NCBI GenBank assembly: GCA_020137815.1
Contig: CM035350.1
Coordinates: 1,984,001 to 2,048,000, forward strand
DNA from: Hormiphora californensis
Taxonomy: Eukaryota > Animalia > Ctenophora
Length of the DNA stretch: 64,000 bases
Direction: 5' to 3'
Below the pieces are notes generated by a model, which was given only the letters and a program-made list of their open reading frames with translations, ran no database searches and was not told where the DNA came from. Below are positions 41,201 through 53,193 of the stretch, one piece after another. Each line of letters begins with the position of its first letter. Positions within the stretch are counted from its first letter, which is position 1. The translations under genes were made by a program, and so were the position numbers.

Positions 41201-44200
41201 CATTCTTTCCTCAAAACGGTTTGTGTTAATCTACCGAACCCTCACAGAGGCCAGAGCGTGAAATAAAATTACGGTATGAGCCACGCAAGGTTTGTGTACA
41301 CAGGTCAATTAGCTGGTAAATGGTGATCTCCAATATTTGCACACTGAGGAATGGCCTATGAAAATTAGTATACTTACTGAATGAGATCACATTTTCCATC
41401 GCATATTGAAGCTCCAGGTCCTACTAGTCCTTGTCCCGGCCTCCCAACCTGTCCAATGAATGCGGGGACACCAAGGAGGGTATCGGTACACTTTGTCTTG
41501 TCACTACATACTGTGGGCATATCCAAGTAACATAGCTCATCTCTTGTCATCGGGTAGTAATCTGCACTCTGCAGGGAGTTGGTAGTTACATTGCTTATCC
41601 TACTCATCTTGTGTACAAGCTGCGAACAGTGTCTGTACAGCAGTGCAGTACTAGCACAGCAAAAATAAACCTTATTGGGCTGTAGAGCTATACGGATATA
41701 CTTCCATTGTACTTACCGTGCTTGGTAGCTGGCATGGCCGGACACCACATACCGCTGCCCCAGGCTCACTGATTCCCTCCAGACTCCCTGGATCCGGGAA
41801 GAAGCCGCAATACTCAAAATAATCCCAGTTGTTAGGACATGCTTTATCGAACCTGCAACAATGCGTTGGAAAATTAGGGGGTATTAATATCTCGGCAATT
41901 AAAAAAGCAAAAAAGTTAGGAAATAAAAAACTTTACCTCCACGAGTTAAACTTTACAAAGGTTCGGGCAATAAAATGTCTCTTGGAGCCTAAGCACTGGA
42001 ACTCTACGACAATTTCATTTTTCTCTTGCTTTGTTTCACAAAGCCGGGCAAGAAATCCGCCAAATTCCCGAATTGGACAGTCCTCGTTCGTCTCTGGCTT
42101 TCCAAAACACACTGAAACAAAAGTTTAGGAACATTCTCAATTATAGACCGAATTTCGGGGATATATTCTCTGTTTTGGGAAAATCTATTCTCCGGCGATT
42201 AAAGGTACTCGAAAAGTAGAATAATTACCTATAGCGAGGAAATACAACAAAAGTATAATGGCTTGCCAGCTCTGAGACATTATTCACTGAGAAATAGGGG
42301 TGTCCAAATATCAGTACAGTTGAGAATGGTGATTTTCGACACAATAGCGAACTGAGCTTTATACTGGAATATCACACCCCGCGACTCCGCGAGGGGTGCG
42401 ATATATCCATAGACACGGGCGTTTTAGCACATACATACTAATATATTGCCGATCCTTCAACAATCAATGGTAAGCATCTCGTGGCAACTATTGTCCATTT
42501 AACAAGTGATCGAGAAGAATTGAATGGTGACCGGTGGGGAGAATGGGAGAGGATTGCAAAGCATACCGATTATATCCGCCATAGTTGCACAATACTTTGA
42601 AATTTTTTATTTAAAGTTACATTTTAAAGTGAGAGTGGACCGACACAGAATTGGACAAGATTGTTCATCTTGTAAGTAGTAGAGAATAGTTCACTGAGCA
42701 TTTTGCATTGTGATTTGACCCCTCCATCACGGAGATATTTTTGTTACAACGGGAGAATGAGTCTCCCAATCTCCACTCTCACTTTATAAGGTTATATTTA
42801 AAAAGCTCTGGTGCAAAAGTGTTTTATAAATATCACTCGGTTTTTTAGGCACTACCTGTAACATCTCGCACTCGAATATGAATATGGGCTGTGTGCAGTG
42901 TGCAGTGTGCATAGTATCGGTAAATAATAAGCTTCGGAGAAGAATAAATCGAGGTGATACCGAGTAGCTTATCAGACACAAGCACCTTTTGTTTGTAGAG
43001 AAACACATGATGATAAGGGTGAACAAGGGATCCACCCCTTAATTAAAGTGAGAGAGAACAGCCCCGATTTTGATGAAACTTAGTCAGAATAGTGTTTGGT
43101 GGCTAATTAGAAGTGAAAAAAATGTTTAGTGCTCAAATCCTAAATTTAGGATTTTTAGGTTTTTTAGGTTTTTCGGCTTTTATGGGTTTCAGGAACGTCC
43201 TAGAACAAAATGAATAAAACCATCTTTCTCGGCGTGAAATTCTGCATCGATTATAGTGGTTATAAACCTTTCTATGACGTAAGGTTCAGAAGTTATCGCG
43301 AAAAACCCCAAACGGGTACATGTGTTAGGGGCGGGTTCATGTTTTAGGCTAATGGGCGAACCTCTGCGATGCCTGTGTAACGAATGAAACCTAAAAAACC
43401 TTACCACATGTTTTAACCAAACGGGTATGCTTCATTCAGTAAGGTTTTTTAGGTTTCATTCGTTACACAGACATCGCAGATCAAAATGGTTTTCACTAAA
43501 ATGATCTCCTTATCAATACGCGTCGATTGACACCCTATAACATGGCGACAAGAGGTTCGCCCGTTAGCCTAAAACATGAACCCGTCCCTAACACATGTAC
43601 CCGTTTGGGGTTTTTCGCGATAACTTCTGAACCTTACGTCATAGAAAGGTTTATAACCACTATAATCGATGCAGAATTTCACGCCGAGAAAGATGGTTCG
43701 GAGATGGTTCTATTCATTTTGTTCTAGGACGTTCACTTCTAATTAGACACCAAACACTATTCTGACCAAGTTTCATCAAAATCGGGGCTGTTCTCTCTCA
43801 CTTTAATCAACAAAGCACGCTCGGAATGGTAAAGAGTAATTTCTGAATAGAATCGATTTCGATTTGAAACAAAGGTCTTGTCCCGTCAGCTATTTTTAGC
43901 TGTCTTGAAGCACAACCGAAATTAAATGCCATATTTTTTGAGAATCGAGAGGAGGTTTGCCAAAAATATTACTTGTTCAGACAATATCGCGTCTGAAAGA
44001 GTGCCTTTGAAAATGAAACTCTGAATTTCTGGTGAGCGGTATCTATTGTCTGAAATGAAAGAGGTCTCTTTGTGTGCCCAAAAAGATTGACAATACCTTC
44101 AGGAGTGCTAAGTAATAGTACCTCCCTATTGTGATGAATTGGTACCACTGCCACTCTCATTCTCCCCTATGAGATCTCTCCTGAGATCTCTCCTGAGATC

Positions 44201-47200
44201 CCCCCTGAGATCTCCCCTGAGATCTCCCCTGAGATCGATCTCTGTCGCTGTGCAACTTCGATCTCGCACACGTGTCTATGTCACCAAATTATGATACTGA
44301 TATATGGGGCTTGAGCAATTCATCTCGATTCGTATTAACATGTTATCTGTTTCAGTTTGTCTCTGACGCCCCAGAAAGGTCGAGTCCATGAAAACCTCCC
44401 AATAAACCTAGTAGAGGACCGTGACTCCACCCTTCACAAGAATATCTACCATAAAAACACCGACAAAAACGCACTACATGAGAAAGAGAAGTTCAAAGTG
44501 ATCTCTGTCTTATCTCCAAACAGATTTTCAGATACAGTAAGTTTATCTAGCTGTAGCTGGTACTATAATCGTATAGTAGTCTAGTATAGTCTGGTATAGG
44601 CTCACCAATCACTATCTGCTCCACCGAACCCTCACAGAGCGCACTTGTCATTTTATGAGCTACAGAAATCACTTATACTTCTAACTCTAGGAGGATGAGG
44701 ATGAGGACATGGTAGGGGAAGGGAGGGGGAGTGTGGATAGCAATATTGCAGCTGCGGCAGAGGGTGTACCATACCACGAACAAATCTGGACAGAGTGGGA
44801 GAGAGCTAATAGATCTGTTGTCACTGACACGTTTTATGGTAAAAAGTTGAAAAGATTGTTTTGTTGCTATTCAAGCTACTGATATTATGGTAGTTTGTAA
44901 CCACTCAGTAATCAGTATTACCACCAGCTTGGTTACTGATCCTAGTATATACTCCTAGTATTTCCCCACTCAGGCCAGTTTGTCACGCACACCATGTGCT
45001 CAATGTGTGGACACACTGTGGCTCGCTATGAAACATTTAGCCACATTCCCTTACCCCTGCCTCGTGCTACAGACCGGCACTTTGTAGTGACTTGGATCTC
45101 CATCAGCGATAGAAAACCTTACCGGTATAATGATACATTAGGAATAGTATATCGTTTTACAAAATAACTTCTATAATAATACTCATTTTAAAACCCTCCT
45201 CAATGTTATACCTATATTGTCATATCTGCAGGTACCTGGTGACGGTGTCACAGTATGGTAAAGTTCACGACCTCAAGGTGTCCCTTGTAGCGTGTCTCCC
45301 TGACGGTGAGCTAACACCAGAAGAGGTAGCAGTAGTGGAGGTACGAAATGGGAGGATAACTATAATACACTCAGATCAGACACCCCTCACTAGTGTACAG
45401 GATGGACGGAGCCTTCTGTACGCTTATGAGAGGTAATATTGTGAGCAATATGAGAGGTAGTCTAGTGAGCTGGTCTTGAGACTGTTTGTTACATGTTAAA
45501 ATGTTAGAGAATGATGGAGAATAATGGAGAATAATGCGTGTGTTCACCCTCCCACTTCGTTGACCCCTCACTCAACCCACCACTAGGTACGCGTACCAGG
45601 GTTGGGAGCAGGAGAGTAAGTTGACCTCAGAGGAGCCCAACTGTTTCTCCAATGATCTGGATATGGAACCCCGAGCAGCGGCTGTTAGCAATGTAGACCT
45701 CCGAGCTAACATTGACCTGAGTGCGGATGATAAACAATTCGGGGACAAGCACTTTGGGGACAAACACTTTGATCCTGAAGCAAAGGTGAACTGTCAGTTA
45801 TCTCCCAACAGGACCCACAAATATTCCCATATATGACGAGGTTTTAACCGTGTCAATTAGCTAATTATCATCCCTTTCCCTCGTTAGATTGTGAACAAAC
45901 CAAAGAAGTGCGACCTGGCAGCAGAATGGGCTAAGTGTGTGATATGCCTGGAGGACTTCCCACCCCATCTCCTGCTGACACACGACTCGTGTAATATCAA
46001 CATGTGCAGTGCGTGCAGTGAGACCTGCAAAACCACCTCTACAGCGTGTCCTATGTGTGGGATGGAGTTGAGGGAACTGGAGAGGGTCGCGGAGGAGGAG
46101 CAAGATAGCCCCCTGAGATGGTCCGAGGTGGCAACCCTCATTTACCTTGGTAGTGAGGTGAGTACACCACTGAGGTGGTCCGAGGTGGCAACCCTCATTT
46201 ACCTTGGCAGTGAGGTGAGTACACCACTGAGGTGGTCCGAGGTGGCAACCCTCATTTACCTTGGTAGTGAGGTGAGTATACCACTGAGGTGGTCCGAGGT
46301 GGCAACCCTCATTTACCTTGGTAGTGAGGTGAGTACACCACTGAGGTGGTCCGAGGTGGCAACCCTCATTTATCTTGGCAGTGAGGTGAGTACACCACTG
46401 AGATGGTCCGAGGTGGCAACCCTCATTTACCTTGGCAGTGAGGTGAGAACACCACTGAGGTGGTCCGAGGTGGCAACCCTCATTTATCTTGGCAGTGAGG
46501 TGAGTACACCACTGAGATGGTCCGAGGTGGCAACCCTCATTTACCTTGGCAGTGAGGTGAGTACACCACTGAGGTGGTCCGAGGTGGCAACCCTCATTTA
46601 CCTTGGTAGTGAGGTGAGTATACCACTGAGGTGGTCCGAGGTGGCAACCCTCATTTACCTTGGTAGTGAGGTGAGTACACCACTGAGGTGGTCCGAGGTG
46701 GCAACCCTCATTTATCTTGGCAGTGAGGTGAGTACACCACTGAGGTGGTCCGAGGTGGCAACCCTCATTTACCTTGGCAGTGAGGTGAGAACACCACTGA
46801 GGTGGTCCGAGGTGGCAACCCTCATTTACCTTGGTAGTGAGGTGAGTATACCACTGAGGTGGTCCGAGGTGGCAACCCTCATTTATCTTGGCAGTGAGGT
46901 GAGTACACCACTGAGATGGTCCGAGGTGGCAACCCTCATTTACCTTGGCAGTGAGGTGAGAACACCACTGAGGTGGTCCGAGGTGGCAACCCTCATTTAC
47001 CTTGGCAGTGAGGTGAGAACACCACTGAGGTGGTCCGAGGTGGCAACCCTCATTTATCTTGGCAGTGAGGTGAGTACACCACTGAGATGGTCCGAGGTGG
47101 CAACCCTCATTTACCTTGGCAGTGAGGTGAGTATACCACTGAGGTGGTCCGAGATTCATAGTTCATTCTAAACAAAGTTACAGATATAATATTGCTAGAT

Positions 47201-48528
47201 TACAATAACACCCAGCTTCCAGGTGAAAGCCCACCCCTATCTGGTTGAGGTGCCTAGCAGGGTAGAAGGGGCGGGTCTCCTATGCTTCCTGGGCACCCTC
47301 ATACCCCGGGTAGCAGATGAGCAGATAACACACAAGGTGTACCTCAATACCACTGAGGGCCTAGTGGAGGTGAGGGAGGGAAGACATTATACCATCATCC
47401 CTACCACTACCATAGTCATCCAGCTGTCATCCTTCCCCGAGTCTCTGGAGGTAAGGGGTCAGATGGGTCATTGCAATCTCTTCTATCACTTGAATTAAGA
47501 GAGCATGTGAGCCATCTTTTGTCAAAACTATAAGCCACTAGGGGAGACAACCATTACATGCTATCAAAACTGCACATTACTCTAGTTTTAATCCCCTGCA
47601 GAGGGAACTGTCACATGTCAAGGATACGGAGTCTTTTGAAGCGACTGGAGAAGTTCCAGAAACCACTGGATCTGTATGACTGCCTAACGCCTTCGTGAAA
47701 AGGTGATACACGTGCAGTGTTATTCATTTCTGCACTCCTTCCACCCCTCAACTCCCACACCCTAACACCCCTCAACTACAGTGACGAGTTGCTAACGGGC
47801 AACAAGTGGTACTTGCGGGGAGTGTAGAGAGGAACAGAACGCTATCACTACAACATCCGTATCACATCTTCCTCCCTTTCTCCTCCTCCAACTAAACAGA
47901 TTCGACTTTTCATCTACCGTACGTTACCTCTCTAGCACACAATTAGTTCTGCTTTATTTTAAAACTATTAAAACTATTGAAGTGTTTTAATCCCCCTTCA
48001 GACGGTGCCCAAGACAGAAAAGATAAGGATGTCCGGTGCACCTGCCATCCCAGGATCTAGACCTCTCCAGTATGGTGGCTAATGGGGTAGACCTGACCGT
48101 CCCTCCCTATACCCTATGTGGAGTGATACACCATCACGGAGGTATGTGGGACATAATCTTCATTTTCTTTTGCCTTGCTCATGTATTTATGTCTCGTGCA
48201 ATAAGATTTGGTAGAACTTGTTGCCTGTTAGCAACTCATCACTGTAGTGTGACACACCTGGGGGTGTCCTGGGTGTGTTGTAGTTCGCCATAACGAGGGG
48301 GTAATTGTTAGAAAAAGTTTTGTTTCCTCACAAAGCTCTAATCTTTTAGGTTACGGCGGGGGACACTACACAGTTCACACTCGAGACAGAAGGGACGAGT
48401 GGAGGTATTATAACGATGTATCTGTCTCGGAGAGGGCCCCTCTTGCTTTCAGAACGGACGGGCCTCTTCCTGAAAATGACTCTGATGCCAGATCAGCCTA
48501 TGTGCTGTTATACAAAAGGGACCCCTGA
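35207..48528 (+). CDS. Ubiquitin-specific protease (USP4/11/15-like) with an internal RING-like finger; multi-exon
   Basis: Cys box [16 protein letters not shown] (exon 35366-35479), [28 protein letters not shown]…CSMCG, LYDCL…WYCGEC, His box [29 protein letters not shown]. Intron 36441-44355 is phase-compatible. A few frameshifts lie at 47600-47820. The true start may be further upstream. Confidence 0.88.
37018..42280 (-). CDS. LDLa-repeat class A GPCR (GRL101/RXFP-like 7TM without LRRs), nested antisense in a USP intron
   Basis: Several LDLa repeats ([27 protein letters not shown]), 7TM motifs ([32 protein letters not shown]), Cys-rich upstream exons, and a signal-peptide-like first exon 42229-42280 whose phase with exon 2 is unresolved. 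Confidence 0.88.
37140..37300 (-). repeat. Four 39-bp coding repeats ([13 protein letters not shown]) in the GPCR C-tail
   Basis: Visible in the 834-aa ORF and in the DNA (gaaggctcttcagac… units). Confidence 0.9.
40209..40964. mobile_element. Tc1/mariner-type MITE with ~200-bp imperfect TIRs, in a GPCR intron
   Basis: TA|ACGGGTGACAACTAAAAATTGTCCC … GGGACAATTTTTAGTTGTCACCCGT|TA. Confidence 0.85.
43047..43802. mobile_element. Foldback MITE with TTAA flanks (Kolobok-like)
   Basis: TTAA|AGTGAGAGAGAACAGCCCCG … CGGGGCTGTTCTCTCTCACT|TTAA, long inverted arms, RR..YY termini. Confidence 0.8.
46110..47153 (+). repeat. 57-bp minisatellite, 18 full units plus a partial, spanning a USP exon/intron boundary
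   Basis: Each unit encodes [17 protein letters not shown](S/R)(T/I) and contains GAG|GTGAG(T/A). Confidence 0.95.
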
Positions 48529-48756
48529 GGGGGAGGGGGTTGAGGGTTCAGAGGGTTGCTGTTTTTATCTTTTCTCAGACTTTATCAGACACAGAAAAAG
48601 ACAGAAATATAAGTTGGTAGATCATGATCGACGTGACTTGTTCGTGATGTGATCACAGTGTTGTAAAAAGCTATTTTCATCAACAAGACAGGTTGTATCA
48701 ACATGCGCTTCATAATTAATCCCGACACGTGCTTATAGTTGATCACCTAGTTGACA

Positions 48757-48887
<131 letters not shown>

Positions 48888-49022
48888 ATATCTATCTATC
48901 CTTACTACCGAGCGAATGTAAGAGAGATAGGGTTGGCTGACACTTTTCACGACCGCTCCTCCCCATGTAAACGCACTCCTCTCATTACGACACACACACA
49001 TTTCTCTTAACCACACTTTGTT

Positions 49023-51675
49023 ATGTCTCACCCACCACAACGCGGATCCACCCTACCCAGCCGGGGTGGGGGCCCAAGGTTATGATCAGGACCCCCGAGC
49101 TAGGAGCATGCCCCGAGGAGGAGGCTGCACCCCGACCAACTGATCTTGAACCAGAGGCACCTCGTGGGGGAACCTGCTCCTAGAGGTGGCACTGTACCCC
49201 AGAGGAGGAACGGCACCTAGAGGTGGCACGGCGCCTAGAGGTGGCACAGCTCCCTCGAGGTGGCACTGCTCCCCGAGGGGGAACTGTGCCCTAGGGGCGA
49301 ACCAGGTACCCTACCAGGGGCGGTACTGTTCCCTAGGGGCGAACCGGGACCAACTAGAGGTGGAACAGTACCTCGAGGAGGTACAGCTCCCAGAGGTGGC
49401 ACTGCTCCTAGGGGTGGCACTGCACCTAGAGGCGGTACTGCACCTAGGGGTGGAGTTGCCCCAAGGGGAGGTACTGCCCCTAGGGGAGGTATGGATCAGG
49501 TAGCACGGAGGGTCAGTGAGGTAGGTGCTGGCCCTCCTCCTCCTCAACCTCACGAGGAATCATTTGAAGAGGACCCAAAGTTCGATAAAGTTGCCATTGC
49601 CCAACGAGCCCTGGCAGTCCCTATTGCTGAAGTTGTGAAGAATCATCACGAGAGGATTGCTCTACTGGAAGAAAGGGTATGAACGGGAGGGGTTACTCTT
49701 TGAGTCCTGTTATGCACTGCTTTGATTTCTTCAAAAACGTACATTGGGAGGGCGGCGAGGCCACACTTTAGACGTGTGTCTGTATGTTTGTCCCACTCTC
49801 AACCCCCTCTCCCTCACTCAGGTGTTTGCTCCTGAGTACCAGAAGGACTTCAACGATGACCTCAACGCGGATCAGGTCACTCAACAGATCAAGAAGAAGA
49901 AGAGGCGATTCTTCAGAAGGAAGAAGGTGAGAGTGTGTCATGCACAAAACCTGTACGGCAGGAACTACACCTTTTGGTGCACACGGCTATTATACAAACA
50001 CCTCTTAGTAGTTCCTTTGTGAGCTAATAATATCCCAACAATATCCCAGTAATAATATTGATTTAACACATCTCCATTATCAGACGGTAAAGAAAGAGGG
50101 AGGCGGTGTTGAAGAGGTAGATGAGATAGTTGAGGTACCTGATGATGGTATGGCACCTGGGCAGGATGATATATCACTGGATCTCATGGAGACACAAATC
50201 ACACGAGAAGAGGTGGGTAACTAATCAGTCTCCAAAACATGCAAAATACAAGGGACAATAATCTCAAATTATTTGGAGTAAAACGGTTTTCGAGATATCC
50301 ATTGTTCAGTACTCAACAAGATATTCAGTATTCACTCAACAGTAACATCTCCCCTTCTAGGTATTACGGATGTTATCAGCCCAGAGTATTGCCTTCAAGG
50401 ACCTACTAAGGGAGCAGAGAAGGACCTATGATAATGCTCTAATGACTGTCATGAATGAACTTCTAGTTGCGCTAGAGGAAAGCGAGGTTAGTATTCAAGT
50501 ACATTTGAATTGGATCAATCAAATTCTTGTTCTTTCGAGATTCCATAACTCTACAATTCCACTCTACAATTCCACTCTACATTTGTATTGTTGACAACCT
50601 TCTAACACGCTTCTGATGTTGCAGGCTGGTATAAATGGGGATAGGCTGAACTATCTTGAGGAGAGGGTTGCTGAACTGGACCTGGAACTAACCAACTTGA
50701 GGGCAGAGGTCGAGGCGAACAAACCTCCCCCTGGAATATTTGTAAGTTTATCACAGACCGCTCAACTTCAAATTACTGCTACTTGATTAATAGACCACTC
50801 AAAATTACTACTATGTTCTTGTTTGAGTTACATTGGGCAATGTAACTGAATACCCCCGGACAGGAGAGACTCCAGAAGAGGAAGGATAAGCCCATGGATA
50901 GGGTCCAGGAGGAAGAGACCCGGGGTTCTCAGAGCAGCAGTGTGCTGGGATGGTTTGGGAAGAAAGAGGAGCCTGAGGAGGTACAACCTGAGGAGTCCGG
51001 GCTACTTGCCAGGATCTTCACCAGCGACAAGAAGAGAGATGAGAGGACAAAGAGGTATTAGAAGGGAACCTGATATTATATTTTAGTAGTTTTTATTATT
51101 GTTGTTTGTCGATGTGCCCCACTTTCTATCCCGGGCACGTACCAGTACACACATTTCTACTCTTAAATTCCCTCTAGGCGATCAGGAAGGCGAGATAGGA
51201 CACCCTCACCTAGCGAGGAGTATTTGAGTGAGGAGTATCCCGAGGATTACATTGAGGAGGAGGAAGAGGAGGAACTCCCCCCTAGGTAATTAGAGAGGTT
51301 ATTGGGCCCTGGCAGGACTCGCTGTTCCGCACAGCGGTCCAATGGCAATTAAAACTCGCAGTTTGTTCATTGCCCTAGTAGTTCAGTATGTGACTATTAA
51401 TAACTTCCTCTCTTTTCAGTGAAATTGATTATCATGAAATGGAGTCTGACCCAGAAGTGCCCCCACCGCCCGTTGTTAAAGCTGCCCCTGCGTTCAAAGT
51501 GTCACGGGGTCGACCTCCCCCAGCCAGACAGAGTCGAGGAGGACCTCCCCCAGCAGCCCACCACCAGGCCCCACCACCCGCTAGAAAGGACAGGAGCATG
51601 TCCAGAGAGAGGGCTCCAAGGGGAGGTGGATCCAGGGGAGGAAGCAGACATGCTTCCGGGGAAAGGAGACGATAG
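49023..51675 (+). CDS. Orphan protein with (APRGGT)n repeats, coiled-coil and acidic/Pro-rich regions, ~8 exons
   Basis: Exons ~49023-49676, 49822-49926, 50083-50212, 50361-50486, 50625-50741, 50864-51053, 51178-51285 and 51420-51675, with GT-AG ends. Frameshifts occur in the repeat region 49080-49350, so the start is approximate. Confidence 0.65.
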
Positions 51676-52042
51676 ACAATAGTTATCAAGGACAGAAAGA
51701 TCTTGTGTACTGAGTGAAATATTGAAATGTGTTTTAGAATTCTTCGTGGCGTATTTTTCAGATTTTGTGGGGCAGCTTAGTCAACAAGTCACTCACTCAG
51801 ATTTCACAGCTGATGACTTGGTCCTATATGTAAATATTTGATAGTGTAGATTTCAGTTCTAATTCAAATGAAAAACAGACAATTTCGATCTTGTTGTTGG
51901 GTCCGGTGGGTGGTGGCCGGGCAAACATTTGTTATCTAACTCTTTTGGTGTAATTAGCTGAGCACGATTCACTGGAGTTGACAGATTAGATCACTGAAAC
52001 GTGATCTGATCCGAATCCTTGGCCGCGTGTCTCATCCGTAGG

Positions 52043-52102
52043 CTGTCTTGCGTTGCCAGACCCCATTTTGATTCTAAGATCCGGGTCGGCGCCGCCACAC
52101 AG
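52043..52102. mobile_element. 60-bp micro-MITE with 8-bp TSD
   Basis: tccgtagg is duplicated at 52035-52042 and 52103-52110. Confidence 0.75.
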
Positions 52103-52817
52103 TCCGTAGGAGCTGTCTTGCGACACCGTTTCCGACAATGCGCTAAGATTGGGTCGCGGTCGGCGCCGCTAGACTATAACGCTCCAGTTGCAGATTGGAG
52201 GCTGACTCCAGTATCTTGCGCCAGCCTCCAGTCTGCAACTGGCGCAAGCTGGGAGAGTCCCTGTGCGCGCCAAATCTTCGTTGACTAGCAGGGTTTTCGA
52301 TGTGATTGCATGTAAAGTAGCGCGCGCCGCAGTGTCAGCAGTGTCAGCAGGGGCGTTACTAACATCAGTCGCAAAATCTCTAACTGGACCCTTAGAGTAC
52401 GATTATCGGTTGGTTCCTGTCAGAGCTCTCATACGCCAATCTGGATAGTCTGTGACACATGATCCGGCACAACGTGTGAGCAAACACAGCTGAACAGCTA
52501 GTCAAATAGCCAATGTGGTGCAATATGATCCGATCAGATGCAAACACAGCTAGCTCGATATAATGTAGCTTCATTCAGACGGCCAATGTTCATAATCATT
52601 GTTCATTGCCCCAGATGGGATTGAGACGTGTATCTGAAGCCCGTTTAGACAGAGAACCTCTGAAATCAGACGAAAACCGAACCCGTCTCAAGCACGTCTA
52701 AACGTTGTCAACGCTGTTCCAACGCCCTCTAGACGCCGTCCAGACGGTACTCGTCTACCTTGCCCCAGACGAGCTTGATGCGGAATATCTATTAGCGACG
52801 TTTAAACGTGCTTGAGG

Positions 52818-52879
52818 CTGTCTGGCGCCGCGACCCATCTGAGCGCACTGTCAAATTGGGGTCTGGCGCCGCCAGACAG
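52818..52879. mobile_element. 62-bp micro-MITE with 8-bp TSD, inserted into another inverted-repeat element (~52655-52927)
   Basis: gcttgagg is duplicated at 52810-52817 and 52880-52887; termini CTGTCTGGCG…CGCCAGACAG. Confidence 0.85.
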
Positions 52880-53193
52880 GCTTGAGGCGGGTTTGGTTTC
52901 CACTTTCCATCTGATTTCAGAGATTCCGGCTAACTCCGTCTAATAGCCGGTCTATTGGTACCGTTGCTACCTTTCTGCTTCACAGATAGCTCAATCTCGG
53001 TCGCGCCCTCACTGAATGGGCACATGTTCATTTGCCACAGACGACATCTAGACGCCGTCTAGAAGGTAATGATTCAGTTTGTCTTGCCCCCCAGCCTTGG
53101 CTAGTCATGACACTGCCATCATATACCTGCTAACTCTCCTTTGAGTTCGAATGTTTGTCCCCCCCCCCCCTCCTGACTGTTCTCTCCTCTCAG

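Noticed and set aside
45861-47159. 432-aa antisense ORF with Cys/His repeats, and a CRISPR-like appearance of the array
   Set aside because: The frame is open only because the 57-bp unit lacks stops. There are no unique spacers and no cas genes, and the context is eukaryotic.
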